A program made the translations under genes and the position numbers. The notes under the pieces are model-generated. The model searched no databases and had not been told where the DNA came from. It saw only the letters and a program-made list of their open reading frames with translations. From contig JAMCWX010000018.1 in assembly GCA_023480885.1 (NCBI GenBank), positions 5,086 to 69,085 on the forward strand: DNA of 64,000 bases, in the 5' to 3' direction. This DNA is from Chloroflexota bacterium. Lineage in GTDB: Bacteria; Chloroflexota; UBA6077; FW602-bin22; JACPRP01. Positions 48,923-59,786 of this stretch are shown here, one piece after another; the stretch's first letter is position 1; the number at the start of each line of letters is the position of its first letter.

Positions 48923-49414
48923 TTAGTCCAGATCTAACTCCGCTTTGCACTGATTACACTTCATCGCACCGCGAAAAACTCTATTGCCGCATTCGGGACA
49001 TATATAGCGCGCCTCTTCGTCTCGAATCCATTTCTCAGTCCCGAACTCTCGTCGATATGGGACAGCTCGGAGAATAACCTTCTTGCCAACAGTCATAGGG
49101 AATTCGTCAATGTGGCGACAGGGAAAATCATCGCATTGATGACACCCGGTGAATCCTCTCTCGCTTGTGCATTTCCTGATCTCACACTGGCGACAATGCA
49201 TAAACTGCTCATCCGATAAGCAGCCACGGCACCGAATGCCTTCTACTGACAAGGCTTCGCAATTAGGGAGTGCGCCCTTGCCGGAAGTTCCTCCCTTGTA
49301 CAGACTTACCAGCCGCTCCTTCAGTTTGATGTTGTTGTCGCGGTGTGCAATGTAGATAGCACAGACACCGCAATAAAGGCCACAAGGGGAAATGAGATTG
49401 GAATTTGTCTCCAT
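48923..49414 (-). CDS. Cys-rich DUF3795-like protein
   Basis: PCGLYCGVC, CRGC, CEIRKC, CHQCDDFPC and a C-terminal zinc ribbon. Confidence 0.8.
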   Translation of the reverse strand: METNSNLISPCGLYCGVCAIYIAHRDNNIKLKERLVSLYKGGTSGKGALPNCEALSVEGIRCRGCLSDEQFMHCRQCEIRKCTSERGFTGCHQCDDFPCRHIDEFPMTVGKKVILRAVPYRREFGTEKWIRDEEARYICPECGNRVFRGAMKCNQCKAELDLD

Positions 49415-49535
49415 AGCTCTTGTCCCTCCAACCCTAAACTCAGACTTTCTTTGCCATTCGGGCAATGCTTCTCCAATTCCAGGAGAGTGTAATGCGGTTA
49501 AACCTTGCAGAAAAGAAGGGGAAATACCCCCCCGT

Positions 49536-50189
49536 TTACCGTCGCTCGTTGAACCTGGCCCAGTCCTCCAGGAACTTCTTTACGCCCACATCCGTCAAGG
49601 GGTGCTGGATCATCTGCAAGAGAACTTTGTAGGGCACGGTTGCGATGTGCGCACCAACCTTTGCGGCGGCGATAACGTGCAGCGGGTGCCGGATGCTGGC
49701 AGCGATCACCCGCGTTTCAATACCGTAACGACTGTAGATATCGACGATATCGGCAACCACTTCCATTCCATCGTGTCCAACGTCGTCGAGTCGACCGACG
49801 AAAGGACTGACGAAGGTCGCGCCGGCCAGAGCGGCCAGCAGCGCCTGATTGGCTGAGAAGCACAGAGTGAGGTTGGTCTTTACCCCTTCCTGCGACAGCT
49901 TCTTGGTTGCCTGGAGGCCCGTCTCGGTGATGGGGATCTTGATGGCCACGTTGGGGGCCCAGGTGGCGATTTGCATTGCCTCGCGAATCATCCCTTCGGC
50001 TTCAAGGCTGGTGACCTCGGCGCTCACTGGCCCATCGACGATGGAACAGATCTCTCGCACAGCCTCCTCGAAACCGATGCCGGTTTCCTTGGCCATCAGC
50101 GTAGGATTGGTCGTGACGCCACTGATGACGCCGAGCCTCGCGGCACGTTTGATCTCGTCGATATTCGCTGTATCCAGGAAAATCCTCAT
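49536..50189 (-). CDS. fsa: Transaldolase / fructose-6-phosphate aldolase
   Basis: [35 protein letters not shown]. Confidence 0.93.
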   Translation of the reverse strand: MRIFLDTANIDEIKRAARLGVISGVTTNPTLMAKETGIGFEEAVREICSIVDGPVSAEVTSLEAEGMIREAMQIATWAPNVAIKIPITETGLQATKKLSQEGVKTNLTLCFSANQALLAALAGATFVSPFVGRLDDVGHDGMEVVADIVDIYSRYGIETRVIAASIRHPLHVIAAAKVGAHIATVPYKVLLQMIQHPLTDVGVKKFLEDWARFNERR

Positions 50190-50227
50190 TTTGTCAGCAC
50201 TCCGATAGGAATTAGTCTGGCGGCAAA

Positions 50228-51868
50228 CTACGCGAGCATCTGCTCCAGCGGCAGCGGACGCTGGTCGCCATCGTGAAGCGTCTGTTTGGCCGCGCCGATG
50301 AAATCGCGGAAAAGCGGGTGCGGCCGCGTCGGACGAGACTTGAACTCGGGATGGAACTGGCAGCCAACCATCCACGGATGGTCGGCTATCTCGACTATCT
50401 CGACGAGCTTGCCATCCGGCGATAAGCCTCCGATAACCAATCCCGCGCCGGTAAGCAGATTGCGATATTCGTTGTTGAACTCGAAGCGGTGCCGATGTCG
50501 TTCGTGGATGACCTGCTGGCCATAGGCATTGGCCGCCTTAGTGTCGGGTACGAGCAAGCAAGGATAAGCACCAAGGCGCATCGTGCCACCCTTCTGCGAC
50601 ACATCCCGCTGCTCGGCCAGCATATCGATCACAGGATACGCCGTGCGGGGCTCGAACTCGGTGCTATTGGGCTCGTCGTTGCCGACGACACTGCGCGCCA
50701 GCTCGATGACCATCACGTGCATCCCTAGACAGAGGCCGAGATACGGGACCTTGTTAAGCCGGGCATACCGAGCGGCCTTTATCTTTCCCTCGATGCCACG
50801 ATAGCCGAAGCCGCCTGGAACGAGGATGCCGCTGACGTCCCGCAGCTCATTCTCGCCACCTTCCTGCTCGAGCACCTCCGCGTCGACCCACTTGACCACG
50901 ACATCGCGATCGTTATGAACAGCAGCGTGAGCGAGCGATTCTCGAACGGATAAGTAGGCGTCCTGTAACTCGACGTACTTGCCCACCAGGGCAATTCTGA
51001 CCTCGCTCTTGGGCCGCTTGATCTTCTCGACCAGGTTGCGCCAATCGGCCAGATCCGGCTTGTTCGGCAGTCCCAGCTTCTCGGCGATGAAATCGCCCAG
51101 CGACTCGACCTCAAGCAGCAGCGGCACTTCGTATATCGTCTCCGCTGTAGGTAGCGCGATCACGGCCCGCTTCTCGACGTCGCAGAACAAGCCGATCTTC
51201 TCTTTGAGGTCGTCATTCACTGGATGATCGGAGCGGCAAACGATGACATCGGGCTGGATGCCGATGCTGCGAAGCTCTTTGACGCTGTGCTGAGTAGGCT
51301 TGGTCTTGAGCTCTCCTGTGGCAGAGATATACGGCAGAAGGGTCACATGGATGTAAAGGGCATTCTGGTATCCGACTTCACGATGCATCTGGCGGATAGC
51401 TTCGAGGAATGGCAGGCTCTCGATATCGCCCACGGTGCCACCGACTTCCACGATGACGGCCTGCGCTCCCGTTTGCTTGGCCACCCGCTGGATTCGCTGC
51501 TTTATCTCGTTGGTGACGTGCGGCACGACCTGAATCGTGCCTCCCAGGAAATCTCCCCTGCGCTCCTTATTGATGACGGAGGTATAGACCTGCCCCGTGG
51601 TCACGTTAGATGCCTTCGTCAGGTTCACGTCGATGAAGCGTTCGTAGTGTCCCAGATCGAGGTCGGTTTCGGCACCATCCTCAGTGACGAAGCACTCGCC
51701 GTGCTGATAGGGGTTCATAGTTCCGGGGTCGACGTTGAGGTAAGGGTCGAGCTTCATGGCGGCGACAGAGATGCCACGGCTCTTGAGCAGGGTACCGATA
51801 GAGGCGACGGTGACCCCTTTTCCGACTGAGGATACTACTCCTCCTGTAACGAAAATGTACTTGGCCAT
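50228..51868 (-). CDS. pyrG: CTP synthase
   Basis: [43 protein letters not shown]. Confidence 0.98.
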   Translation of the reverse strand: MAKYIFVTGGVVSSVGKGVTVASIGTLLKSRGISVAAMKLDPYLNVDPGTMNPYQHGECFVTEDGAETDLDLGHYERFIDVNLTKASNVTTGQVYTSVINKERRGDFLGGTIQVVPHVTNEIKQRIQRVAKQTGAQAVIVEVGGTVGDIESLPFLEAIRQMHREVGYQNALYIHVTLLPYISATGELKTKPTQHSVKELRSIGIQPDVIVCRSDHPVNDDLKEKIGLFCDVEKRAVIALPTAETIYEVPLLLEVESLGDFIAEKLGLPNKPDLADWRNLVEKIKRPKSEVRIALVGKYVELQDAYLSVRESLAHAAVHNDRDVVVKWVDAEVLEQEGGENELRDVSGILVPGGFGYRGIEGKIKAARYARLNKVPYLGLCLGMHVMVIELARSVVGNDEPNSTEFEPRTAYPVIDMLAEQRDVSQKGGTMRLGAYPCLLVPDTKAANAYGQQVIHERHRHRFEFNNEYRNLLTGAGLVIGGLSPDGKLVEIVEIADHPWMVGCQFHPEFKSRPTRPHPLFRDFIGAAKQTLHDGDQRPLPLEQMLA

Positions 51869-52067
51869 CGTCTGACCCTCCTCACTCCTCACCTTGCAAG
51901 CGCCAGGCGGCACCACGTGCTCTACCAACCTGATCGTGTACCGCCAGCCAAACCACATCATATTCTACCAGATTTGGCGAACATTTTCTAACGTTTTGCG
52001 CCTACCGGTGGAATTTCCCATTATCGGGAGGGGATGGTATAATAACCGCCGAGGTGGAAACCGAAAG

Positions 52068-52673
52068 ATGGATTTTCTGTCCCTTCCCGCGTTGACAATC
52101 GACTGGCAGACCGAGCTGACCACGACGATCATCCCCGTGACCATAAAGGTTGCGGTTAGCGTTGTGGTATTGCTGCTCACGCTGCACCTCGCGGGCCGCG
52201 CGCGCAGAGCATCGCAGAAGAGCCTGACGCGAACAAAGGCCGATCCGAGCATCGTCGTCTTCATCGGCAGGCTCGCTCACATCGGCGTCCTGGCTGCTGG
52301 AACCGTGATAATACTGGGCATAATGGGCATCAGTTGGACAGCTCTGCTGGCCGTGGTCGGTGCCATAAGCCTGGCCATAAGCCTGGCGATTCAGGACGTG
52401 CTCAAGAACTTCGTGGCCGGCCTTTATCTGCTGATCGAGCGACCTTTCAGAGTGGGCGAGACTATCAAGATCAAGGACTTCGAAGGGAAGGTGGAGGATA
52501 TCGGCATCCGGACGACGATTCTGCGCACGGGAGACGGGCTACAGGTAGTAGTGCCCAACGCCATCGTCTTCACCGAGGTGGTCGTCAATATCAGTGGCGA
52601 GGTGCCTACTCTCCGACCACTTGAACCTGCACCTCACGGCGCCGAGGTCGATTATCGAAATCCACAAGGATGA
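52068..52673 (+). CDS. Short MscS-family mechanosensitive channel
   Basis: LAIQDVLKNFVAG...RPFRVGE, GKVEDIGIRTT, VVPN; lacks the usual C-terminal domain. Confidence 0.85.
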   Translation: MDFLSLPALTIDWQTELTTTIIPVTIKVAVSVVVLLLTLHLAGRARRASQKSLTRTKADPSIVVFIGRLAHIGVLAAGTVIILGIMGISWTALLAVVGAISLAISLAIQDVLKNFVAGLYLLIERPFRVGETIKIKDFEGKVEDIGIRTTILRTGDGLQVVVPNAIVFTEVVVNISGEVPTLRPLEPAPHGAEVDYRNPQG

Positions 52674-53022
52674 TCTGCTGCCAGGTTCCGAGGCTCAGCT
52701 TCCCGCTCTGCAACGGGACGACGAGGGAGGGCCCCATCATCGTGGCCCGAATATGCGAGAACCCGTTGCCGTCGCCCCAACGCGCATCGTGGTTGTAGGG
52801 AACGTTGCTAGGAATGAGTTTTTCCAGGGTGCGCTGAAGATCGGCGACGAGCCCCGGCTCGAACTCCATGGTCGAAACTCCCGCCGTCGATCCCCTGACG
52901 AACACCGTCACGAGGCCGTTGCGAATCTTCGAGGCAGCGACTTCCAGCTCCACTTTGTCAGTTATGTCGACGACGTCACAATATCCCTTGGATTGTACCG
53001 CGAAGGAAGCAGAAACGACCAT
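52606..53022 (-). CDS. yjbQ: YjbQ (UPF0047) family protein
   Basis: DITD, GSTAG, YNHD..GNGFSHIR, LGTWQQI. Confidence 0.92.
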   Translation of the reverse strand: MVVSASFAVQSKGYCDVVDITDKVELEVAASKIRNGLVTVFVRGSTAGVSTMEFEPGLVADLQRTLEKLIPSNVPYNHDARWGDGNGFSHIRATMMGPSLVVPLQSGKLSLGTWQQIILVDFDNRPRRREVQVQVVGE

Positions 53023-53032
53023 TCAGTACTCC

Positions 53033-53761
53033 TCACCAACCGTAGCTCAGGCGCATCCAAAGACGGGCAGGCAGACTCGCCTGCTGCATCTTGCGCTGAG
53101 TTTTCGCGATGTCGTAAGCCACGCGCCTGTGGGTAAAGGTTCGCCGGTCGAGGTCGAGCACGACGTATCGAGCATCGGCCACGCCATCGCGCGGCTGGCC
53201 CACGCTGCCAGGGTTGATTATCAGGCGCTGATTGCCCAATGGGAAAGGCCGCTCGTAAGATGGATCGAGGGTCGCGCACGTGCGCGCCGTCGCCGCGCAG
53301 GAGAATATCACGGGCACGTGGGTGTGCCCGACGAAGCAGTATGCCGTGGTAAAGTGGTCGAGGCTTGCCTCCGCAGCGCTGGAGTAGATTATATACTCCC
53401 AGATTGGATCCCGCGGACTTCCGTGGGCGAGAGTGAAGCCATTTCTTTCGAGCTTCGTCGGCAGATCCTCTAGAAATCGCCAGTTGGCTGGAGCCAACTG
53501 CTGCGCGGTCCATTCGGCAGCCGCCTGGGCATCGGGATTGAAGTCTTCCGTGCCGATGCGACCGATGGCTGCCCAGTCGTGATTTCCTGCGATACAGCAG
53601 TGATCGAAGCTGCGTAGATGATCGATGCATTCGTTGGGATCGGGTCCGTAGCCGACGACATCGCCAAGACACCACACCTCATCTACGTCCACGAAGTCGG
53701 CGGTAACGGCCTCGAAGGCAGCCAGGTTCGAATGTATATCTGAGACGACGGCAACCCGCAT
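53033..53761 (-). CDS. Metallophosphoesterase
   Basis: SDIHSN, LGDVVGYG, GNHD, HGSP, GHTH, NPGSVGQPRD. Confidence 0.9.
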   Translation of the reverse strand: MRVAVVSDIHSNLAAFEAVTADFVDVDEVWCLGDVVGYGPDPNECIDHLRSFDHCCIAGNHDWAAIGRIGTEDFNPDAQAAAEWTAQQLAPANWRFLEDLPTKLERNGFTLAHGSPRDPIWEYIIYSSAAEASLDHFTTAYCFVGHTHVPVIFSCAATARTCATLDPSYERPFPLGNQRLIINPGSVGQPRDGVADARYVVLDLDRRTFTHRRVAYDIAKTQRKMQQASLPARLWMRLSYGW

Positions 53762-53985
53762 TAGGTTTCCCTTTCAGGATAAGCCGGATTTCGTGGAAGT
53801 ATAGCACGGCGAGAGGGATTTGTTCAAAGGGCGATAGCTCGGAGGCGGACAGCATCACAGAGGTACGGAGAGGAGCGAACGCGCGGTGGCATTTTTGAAA
53901 TACTGAGTGTATAATCTGAACAACAGGCTGCCGACTTACATAGCCGCAAAGGATGCGTTTCGCCAGCGGGCAGTGAGGGAGCAAG

Positions 53986-54501
53986 GTGGCTCAAGAGAGC
54001 ACAGCCGCCATCGAGATCATCAGCCACAGTCCTGCCGAGACTCGTCGCATAGGGCGCCATCTTGGCAAGCTCCTACAACCAGGCGATCTGCTTCTGCTGG
54101 AAGGTCCATTTGGGGCGGGGAAGACAGTGCTGACCCAGGGGATCGCCAAAGGGGCGGGCGTCGAGGAGGTGGTCAGCAGCCCTAGCTTCACGCTGATAAA
54201 CGAGTATCAGGCAGGAAAAGCACCCAGGCAGGTTCGCGTATATCACGCGGACCTGTACCGCATCCACGGCGCCGACGAAGCGCTGGCATTGGGCCTCGAC
54301 GAGTATCTGGCTGGTCGAGGCATATTTATTGCGGAGTGGCCAGAGAACGTGGCCGAGGTTTGGCCGAGCGAGCGATTATGGATTCGCTTGCGTCTGGGGA
54401 AGGGCGACGAGCGCATAATCGATCTCGACGCACAGGGTATGAGATACGTCCAGTTGCTAGGGGAACTGGAACGAGAACTTCGAAGGGAAGCGAAGGGATG
54501 A
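53986..54501 (+). CDS. tsaE: t6A biosynthesis ATPase TsaE
   Basis: GPFGAGKT, SSPSFTLINEY, HADLYR, EWP. Confidence 0.95.
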   Translation: MAQESTAAIEIISHSPAETRRIGRHLGKLLQPGDLLLLEGPFGAGKTVLTQGIAKGAGVEEVVSSPSFTLINEYQAGKAPRQVRVYHADLYRIHGADEALALGLDEYLAGRGIFIAEWPENVAEVWPSERLWIRLRLGKGDERIIDLDAQGMRYVQLLGELERELRREAKG

Positions 54502-55208
54502 TTCTGGCCATAGATACGTCCACCTCCATTTCTACCATCGCACTGTTCGATGTGGACGTGCACGCCGAACTAACGTGGATAGCGGACCAAAAGCACACGA
54601 CTGAGCTACTGCCAGAGATCGGGCGCTTGCTGCAGCGGTGTGGCCTCAAGGCCGACCAGTTGAACGGGATTGTCGTGGCATTGGGGCCAGGGAGCTTCAA
54701 CGGCCTGCGCGTTGGGTTGAGCACCGCGAAAGGCTTATGCCTGGCTCTGAGGATACCGATAGTGGGCGTTGGCACGCTGGAGGCGCTGGCCTACCAATAC
54801 GCGCTGGCGAAGCTTCCAGTCCGACCGATCACCGACGCAGGCAGAGGCGAGCTGAACACGGCGCTGTATGAGATGAGAGATCGTACGTGGGTCGAACTAG
54901 AAGCACCGTGGATTGGCGGCATTGACGAAATCAGGCGTCGGATTTCGGCGCCGACGCTGGTATGCGGCGATACAAGAAAGGAAGCGGTGGTTCATCTGTG
55001 CCACGAGCTTGGCGGGCTTATCACAGAGCCCGCAGCGGCAGGATCGTTGCGACGCGCTGGATATCTGGCCGAGCTTGGCGGCAGGAAGCTGCGCGCAGGG
55101 AAGACTGACGATCTCGCTTCGCTGCAGCCAATATACCTGAGGAAACCAGCGATCACAGGGAGCACGCGGACCGATGCGCTTGCAGTTCGGCACCCCGTTG
55201 GCGGTTAA
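54498..55208 (+). CDS. tsaB: t6A biosynthesis protein TsaB
   Basis: ILAIDTST, GPGSFNGLRVG, DAGRGE, LQPIYLR. Confidence 0.95.
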   Translation: MILAIDTSTSISTIALFDVDVHAELTWIADQKHTTELLPEIGRLLQRCGLKADQLNGIVVALGPGSFNGLRVGLSTAKGLCLALRIPIVGVGTLEALAYQYALAKLPVRPITDAGRGELNTALYEMRDRTWVELEAPWIGGIDEIRRRISAPTLVCGDTRKEAVVHLCHELGGLITEPAAAGSLRRAGYLAELGGRKLRAGKTDDLASLQPIYLRKPAITGSTRTDALAVRHPVGG

Positions 55209-55317
55209 CATAGCAACCAACTTGCAGAAACTGGTCGATCTGGAGGATAATCGAATAGTAGACAGCTGTTCGATGCGCGTTGTGCTTCGAGGTCCAGCGT
55301 GAGGGAGGCAAGAGCGA

Positions 55318-56028
55318 TTGCCGTACATAGTACGACCTATGGAGATCGACGACATACCTGAGGTAACGGCGATTGAGCGGCAGTGCTTCAGCATGCCCTG
55401 GCCGGCTAACGCCTACCGTCGGGAACTGAGAGACAACAGGTTGAGCCGGTATATCGTCGCGGAGTGGGTGGAGAACGAGGAAGCCCGTGAGTGGCAGAAG
55501 AGCGCTCTCGCGCGGAAACAACAACTGCACGAGACAGCGGCCAGGGGAAAATCACCTGTCAGGAGGGCGCTGGAGCATCTTTTTCAAGGGTTGACAAGGC
55601 CAGAACAGGAGCCTCGGACGGTGAAGCTGGCCGGGTACGCGGGGCTCTGGCTGATGCTCGACGAGGCTCACGTGACGACGATCGCAGTCAGGCCGTCTCT
55701 AAGAGGCCAGGGTCTTGGCGAGCTGCTTTTCGTCGGCCTCACAGACCTTGCTATGGCCCTCGGCGCCAGGTACTTGACGCTCGAGGTCAGGGTCAGCAAT
55801 ATTGTGGCTCAAAACCTCTACAAGAAGTACGGGTTCCACGAGGAAGGCATCCGCAAGCGTTATTACAGCGACAACAGCGAAGACGCTTTGATTATGTGGA
55901 GTGAACCGCTGGGGTCAGCTTCCTTCCAGAACAGATTGGCCGACCTGAAATCGGCGCTGAACAAAAAGCTGGCGAAGGCAAAGCCTTTGCGAACAGAACA
56001 GGCAGAAGACAGCACAGCAGCTATGTAG
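55318..56028 (+). CDS. rimI: RimI-like N-acetyltransferase with internal insertion
   Basis: IERQCFSMPW, EAHVTTIAV, RGQGLG, LEVRVSN, RKRYYSDNSEDALIM. Confidence 0.9.
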   Translation: MPYIVRPMEIDDIPEVTAIERQCFSMPWPANAYRRELRDNRLSRYIVAEWVENEEAREWQKSALARKQQLHETAARGKSPVRRALEHLFQGLTRPEQEPRTVKLAGYAGLWLMLDEAHVTTIAVRPSLRGQGLGELLFVGLTDLAMALGARYLTLEVRVSNIVAQNLYKKYGFHEEGIRKRYYSDNSEDALIMWSEPLGSASFQNRLADLKSALNKKLAKAKPLRTEQAEDSTAAM

Positions 56029-56054
56029 TAACAAAACACGGGGCGAGGAGTGGG

Positions 56055-58907
56055 ATGTCTGAACTATTAGTCGTTTTCGATGGCAACGCGTTGCTTCACC
56101 GCGCCTTCCACGCCCTGCCCCCGCTGACCACCTCTAAGGGCGAGCTTGTCAACGCCGTCTACGGCTTCGCCTCGATGCTGCTTAAGGCGATGAACGAGCT
56201 CAAGCCGCGATACGCCGCGGTGACCTTCGACAAGGCAGCGCCCACGTTTCGGCATAAGGAGTTTGAAGAGTACAAGGCGCATCGCCCGAAGGCGCCTGAG
56301 GCCCTGTACGAGCAACTCGAGCGCATCAAACAACTGGTCGAGATACTCAACTTACCTGTTTTCGAAGTCGATGGTTACGAAGCCGACGACGTGCTGGGAA
56401 CGCTGGCAAAGCAGGCATCTGAGCAGCACGTGGAGACGGTAATTGTGACGGGAGACTCTGACGCCCTGCAACTGGTTAGCGAGGACGTCAGGGTGCTCGT
56501 ACCTGGCAAAGTGTTCGCGAACACGATCATCTACGACAAAAAAGCCGTGCGGGAGAAGTACGGGCTGGAGCCGAAGCAACTGGCCGATTTCAAAGGACTG
56601 AAGGGCGACCCCTCGGACAACATTCCCGGCGTGCCGGGCATTGGCGAGAAGACCGCGACGAAACTCTTGAGCCGGTTTGGCTCGGTCGAGGAGGTTTACG
56701 CTCACCTCGACGAGGTGGACAGCAAGACACGTAAGCTTCTCGAAGAGCACCGCGATCAGGCGATGCAGAGCAAGCGGCTCGCAACCATCGTCACCGACGT
56801 GCCCATCGAGCTCGACCTCGACAAGTGTCGCGTCGGGACGTACGACCGCAGCAGAGCCGTCTCGCTATTGCGCGAGCTGGAGTTCCGCAGCCTGTTGGGC
56901 AGATTGCCTGAGCTACGAGTCGAGGCCCGCGCAACACAAGCCGTGCGAACCGAGACAGATGGCTCCGGTTCGCGGGCGGTTCAGATGAATCTCTTTGGCA
57001 CGCTGGGCAACAAGGGAAGCGAACCTACAGCCGTCGACGATCCGCAGGTTACCACTTCGGCTCATTCGCCGTCGGCAGCGGCGACGTGTTCTACAATCTC
57101 GACCAAGGAAGCGCTGGAGGAACTGGTAAGAAGAATTCATCCCGGCTCAGCCATCACATTCGACGTGGAGACGACCCACAAAGACGCGATGCGTGCGGCG
57201 CTCGTAGGCATAGCGATTTCGCTGGATCCAGAGCACGTCTTCTACATTCCGGTCGGCCACAGAGAGACGCTGCAGGGCGATGCAGCGGAGAATATGAGCC
57301 AACTTCCTCTCGATCTTGCTCTGAACACGTTGAGGCACATTTTCGAGGATCCGGCAATCGAGAAGCTCGCCCACAACGGGAAATATGATATCACGGTGCT
57401 CGAACGCAACGGCGTAGTCGTGGCGGGGCTATCGTTCGACACGATGATCGCGGCCTATCTGGTCGACCCGTCTCAGCGAGCGCTGAACTTGAAGGATCTT
57501 GGCTTATCGAAGCTAGGCGTCGAAATGACGCCGATAGAAGCGCTGATTGGCAAGGGGAAGTCACAGATCACGATGGCAGAGGTGCCGATCGAGCTTGCGG
57601 CCAAATACTCCTGCGGCGACGCGGAAGTGACCCATCGACTGGCACAGGTGTTGGAGCCACAGCTCAAGGAGGCTGACCTCTGGAAGCTGTTCGTCGACGT
57701 GGAGATGCCGCTGGTGCCAGTGCTGGCAAAAATGGAGCAGCACGGAGTGGCGATCGACGTCCAATTCCTGCACGGCCTTTCAGCAGAGCTTCACGCAAAA
57801 CTGTTGGAGTTGGAACAGCGCATTCACGATAGCGTGGGCCACAAGTTCAACATCAACAGCACACAGCAACTGGGGAAGATACTCTTCGAGGAGTTGCGAC
57901 TGCCGACGTCGCGACGTACGAAGACGGGCTTCAGCACGGAAGCCGATGTCCTGGAGGATCTGAGAGGCACCCATCCCGTCGTAGAGCTCGTGCTAGAATA
58001 CCGTCAGTTGACGAAGATGAAGTCGACCTACGTCGACGCGCTGCCGTTGATGATCAATCCGCTAACTGGGCGTTTGCACACGTCGTTCAACCAGACGGGA
58101 ACGATTACAGGCAGGCTCAGCTCCAGCGAGCCTAACCTGCAGAACATCCCGATTAGAACCGACCTTGGGCGAAAGGTTCGAGGTGCCTTCACCACCGGCG
58201 AGGCGGAGAGCGTGCTGCTGAGCGCGGACTATTCGCAGGTCGAGCTGCGCATTATGGCCCACATCTCCCAGGATAGACGGCTGCTCGAAGCATTCGCGGC
58301 CGACGAAGACATTCACGCGGCGACGGCGACCGAGATTTTCGGAGTGCCGCTGGACAGGGTAACGGCGCAACAGCGCCGCGTCGCGAAAGTAGTGAATTTT
58401 GGCATTATCTATGGCATTAGCGACTTCGGGCTGGCCGCAGGAGCAGGCTTGTCCAGACGTGATGCCTCCATATACATCGACAAGTACCTGGGTAGATATG
58501 GAGGCGTGAGCAAGTACATCGAGGATACCAAGCGCCAGGCGGAGGAGCGGGGATATGTCACCACGATCCTCGGTCGAAGGCGATACTTGCCAGAGATAAA
58601 CGTGGACCATCGCGTGGCAAGACAGGCAGCCGAGAGGATGGCAATCAACATGCCTATCCAGGGTACGGCAGCAGATATCATCAAGATCGCGATGATCAGA
58701 TTGGACCGGGCGATGACGAAGCGGCGGCTGCGCAGCAAGATGATCCTCCAGGTTCACGACGAGCTGGTGTTCGAAGTGCCCAGGCACGAACTCGAAGAGA
58801 TGCGCGAGCTGGCGATCGAGATAATGGAGAACGCGATGCCGCTGGCCGTGCCGCTGAAAGTGGACGTCAAGGTAGGCGTTAACTGGAACGAGATGGAGGA
58901 ATGCTAG
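56055..58907 (+). CDS. polA: DNA polymerase I
   Basis: 5'-3' exo (DGNALLHR, YEADD, GDPSDNIPG), 3'-5' exo (FDVET, HNGKYD), polymerase (DYSQVELR, QVHDEL). Confidence 0.98.
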   Translation: MSELLVVFDGNALLHRAFHALPPLTTSKGELVNAVYGFASMLLKAMNELKPRYAAVTFDKAAPTFRHKEFEEYKAHRPKAPEALYEQLERIKQLVEILNLPVFEVDGYEADDVLGTLAKQASEQHVETVIVTGDSDALQLVSEDVRVLVPGKVFANTIIYDKKAVREKYGLEPKQLADFKGLKGDPSDNIPGVPGIGEKTATKLLSRFGSVEEVYAHLDEVDSKTRKLLEEHRDQAMQSKRLATIVTDVPIELDLDKCRVGTYDRSRAVSLLRELEFRSLLGRLPELRVEARATQAVRTETDGSGSRAVQMNLFGTLGNKGSEPTAVDDPQVTTSAHSPSAAATCSTISTKEALEELVRRIHPGSAITFDVETTHKDAMRAALVGIAISLDPEHVFYIPVGHRETLQGDAAENMSQLPLDLALNTLRHIFEDPAIEKLAHNGKYDITVLERNGVVVAGLSFDTMIAAYLVDPSQRALNLKDLGLSKLGVEMTPIEALIGKGKSQITMAEVPIELAAKYSCGDAEVTHRLAQVLEPQLKEADLWKLFVDVEMPLVPVLAKMEQHGVAIDVQFLHGLSAELHAKLLELEQRIHDSVGHKFNINSTQQLGKILFEELRLPTSRRTKTGFSTEADVLEDLRGTHPVVELVLEYRQLTKMKSTYVDALPLMINPLTGRLHTSFNQTGTITGRLSSSEPNLQNIPIRTDLGRKVRGAFTTGEAESVLLSADYSQVELRIMAHISQDRRLLEAFAADEDIHAATATEIFGVPLDRVTAQQRRVAKVVNFGIIYGISDFGLAAGAGLSRRDASIYIDKYLGRYGGVSKYIEDTKRQAEERGYVTTILGRRRYLPEINVDHRVARQAAERMAINMPIQGTAADIIKIAMIRLDRAMTKRRLRSKMILQVHDELVFEVPRHELEEMRELAIEIMENAMPLAVPLKVDVKVGVNWNEMEEC

Positions 58908-59786
58908 GTGCCGGAACTGCCCGAGGTACAGACTATCGTGCACGATTTAGGGGCAAAGCTGAATGGGCGGCGATTCGTGGACGTCGACGTTTACTGGCAG
59001 CCTACCATCGCGGAGCCCGAGGCTGAGGCTTTCCGGCGGCAAATGATCGGGGAGGAGATCACGGGGCTGTGGCGCCGCGCCAAGTTTGTCGTAATGGGCC
59101 TCTCAGGTGGCAACAGGCTGGTGATACACCTGCGCATGACAGGTCGGCTGTTGTGGATGGATGCCGAGGCTCCGGCGGACAAGCACACCAGGGTCGTGTT
59201 GCATCTGGACAATGGAAAAGAACTGCGACTGGTGGATACGCGCAAGTTCGCCCGCATCCGTCTTTTGACTCCAGCGGGATTCGAAGCGCTGAGCGCTTCG
59301 CTTGGGATCGAGCCCCTCGGCAAGGAGTTCACCAAGGAGAAGCTCAGGGAAATCGTGCGAGCGCGAGGGCAGAAGATCAAAGCGTTGCTGTTGGACCAGC
59401 GCTACATCGTGGGCCTGGGCAACATTTACGCCGACGAGGCGCTCTTTGTGGCGCGGATACATCCCCTGCGCCCGGCCAACTCGCTGACAGCGGAGGAAAC
59501 GGAGAGGCTCTACAGCGCAATCCAGCGCGTGTTGGAAGCGGGCATAGAAGACAGGGGAACGACGATCGACACTTACCTCGATGCGATGGGAAGGCCAGGC
59601 AGGCATCAGAGCAATCTGAACGTGTATCATCGAACGGGAGAGCCCTGCCTGCGCTGCGGCACGCCGATAGAGCGCATCACCATCGGCGGTCGCAGCACTC
59701 ATTTCTGTCCGCAGTGCCAGCCTATGGCTTCACCAGCTTCCGGAATCTCTCTTCCTTCGCGAAAGGTCCGATCACAGCGAGGTTGA
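58908..59786 (+). CDS. mutM: Formamidopyrimidine-DNA glycosylase
   Basis: PELPEV, HLRMTG, GLGNIYADE, zinc finger CLRC..CPQCQ. Confidence 0.97.
   Translation: MPELPEVQTIVHDLGAKLNGRRFVDVDVYWQPTIAEPEAEAFRRQMIGEEITGLWRRAKFVVMGLSGGNRLVIHLRMTGRLLWMDAEAPADKHTRVVLHLDNGKELRLVDTRKFARIRLLTPAGFEALSASLGIEPLGKEFTKEKLREIVRARGQKIKALLLDQRYIVGLGNIYADEALFVARIHPLRPANSLTAEETERLYSAIQRVLEAGIEDRGTTIDTYLDAMGRPGRHQSNLNVYHRTGEPCLRCGTPIERITIGGRSTHFCPQCQPMASPASGISLPSRKVRSQRG

Noticed and set aside
52362-52385. 12-nt tandem repeat gccataagcctg in mscS
   Set aside because: Encodes the normal small-residue TM3 pattern without adding length; probably coincidental
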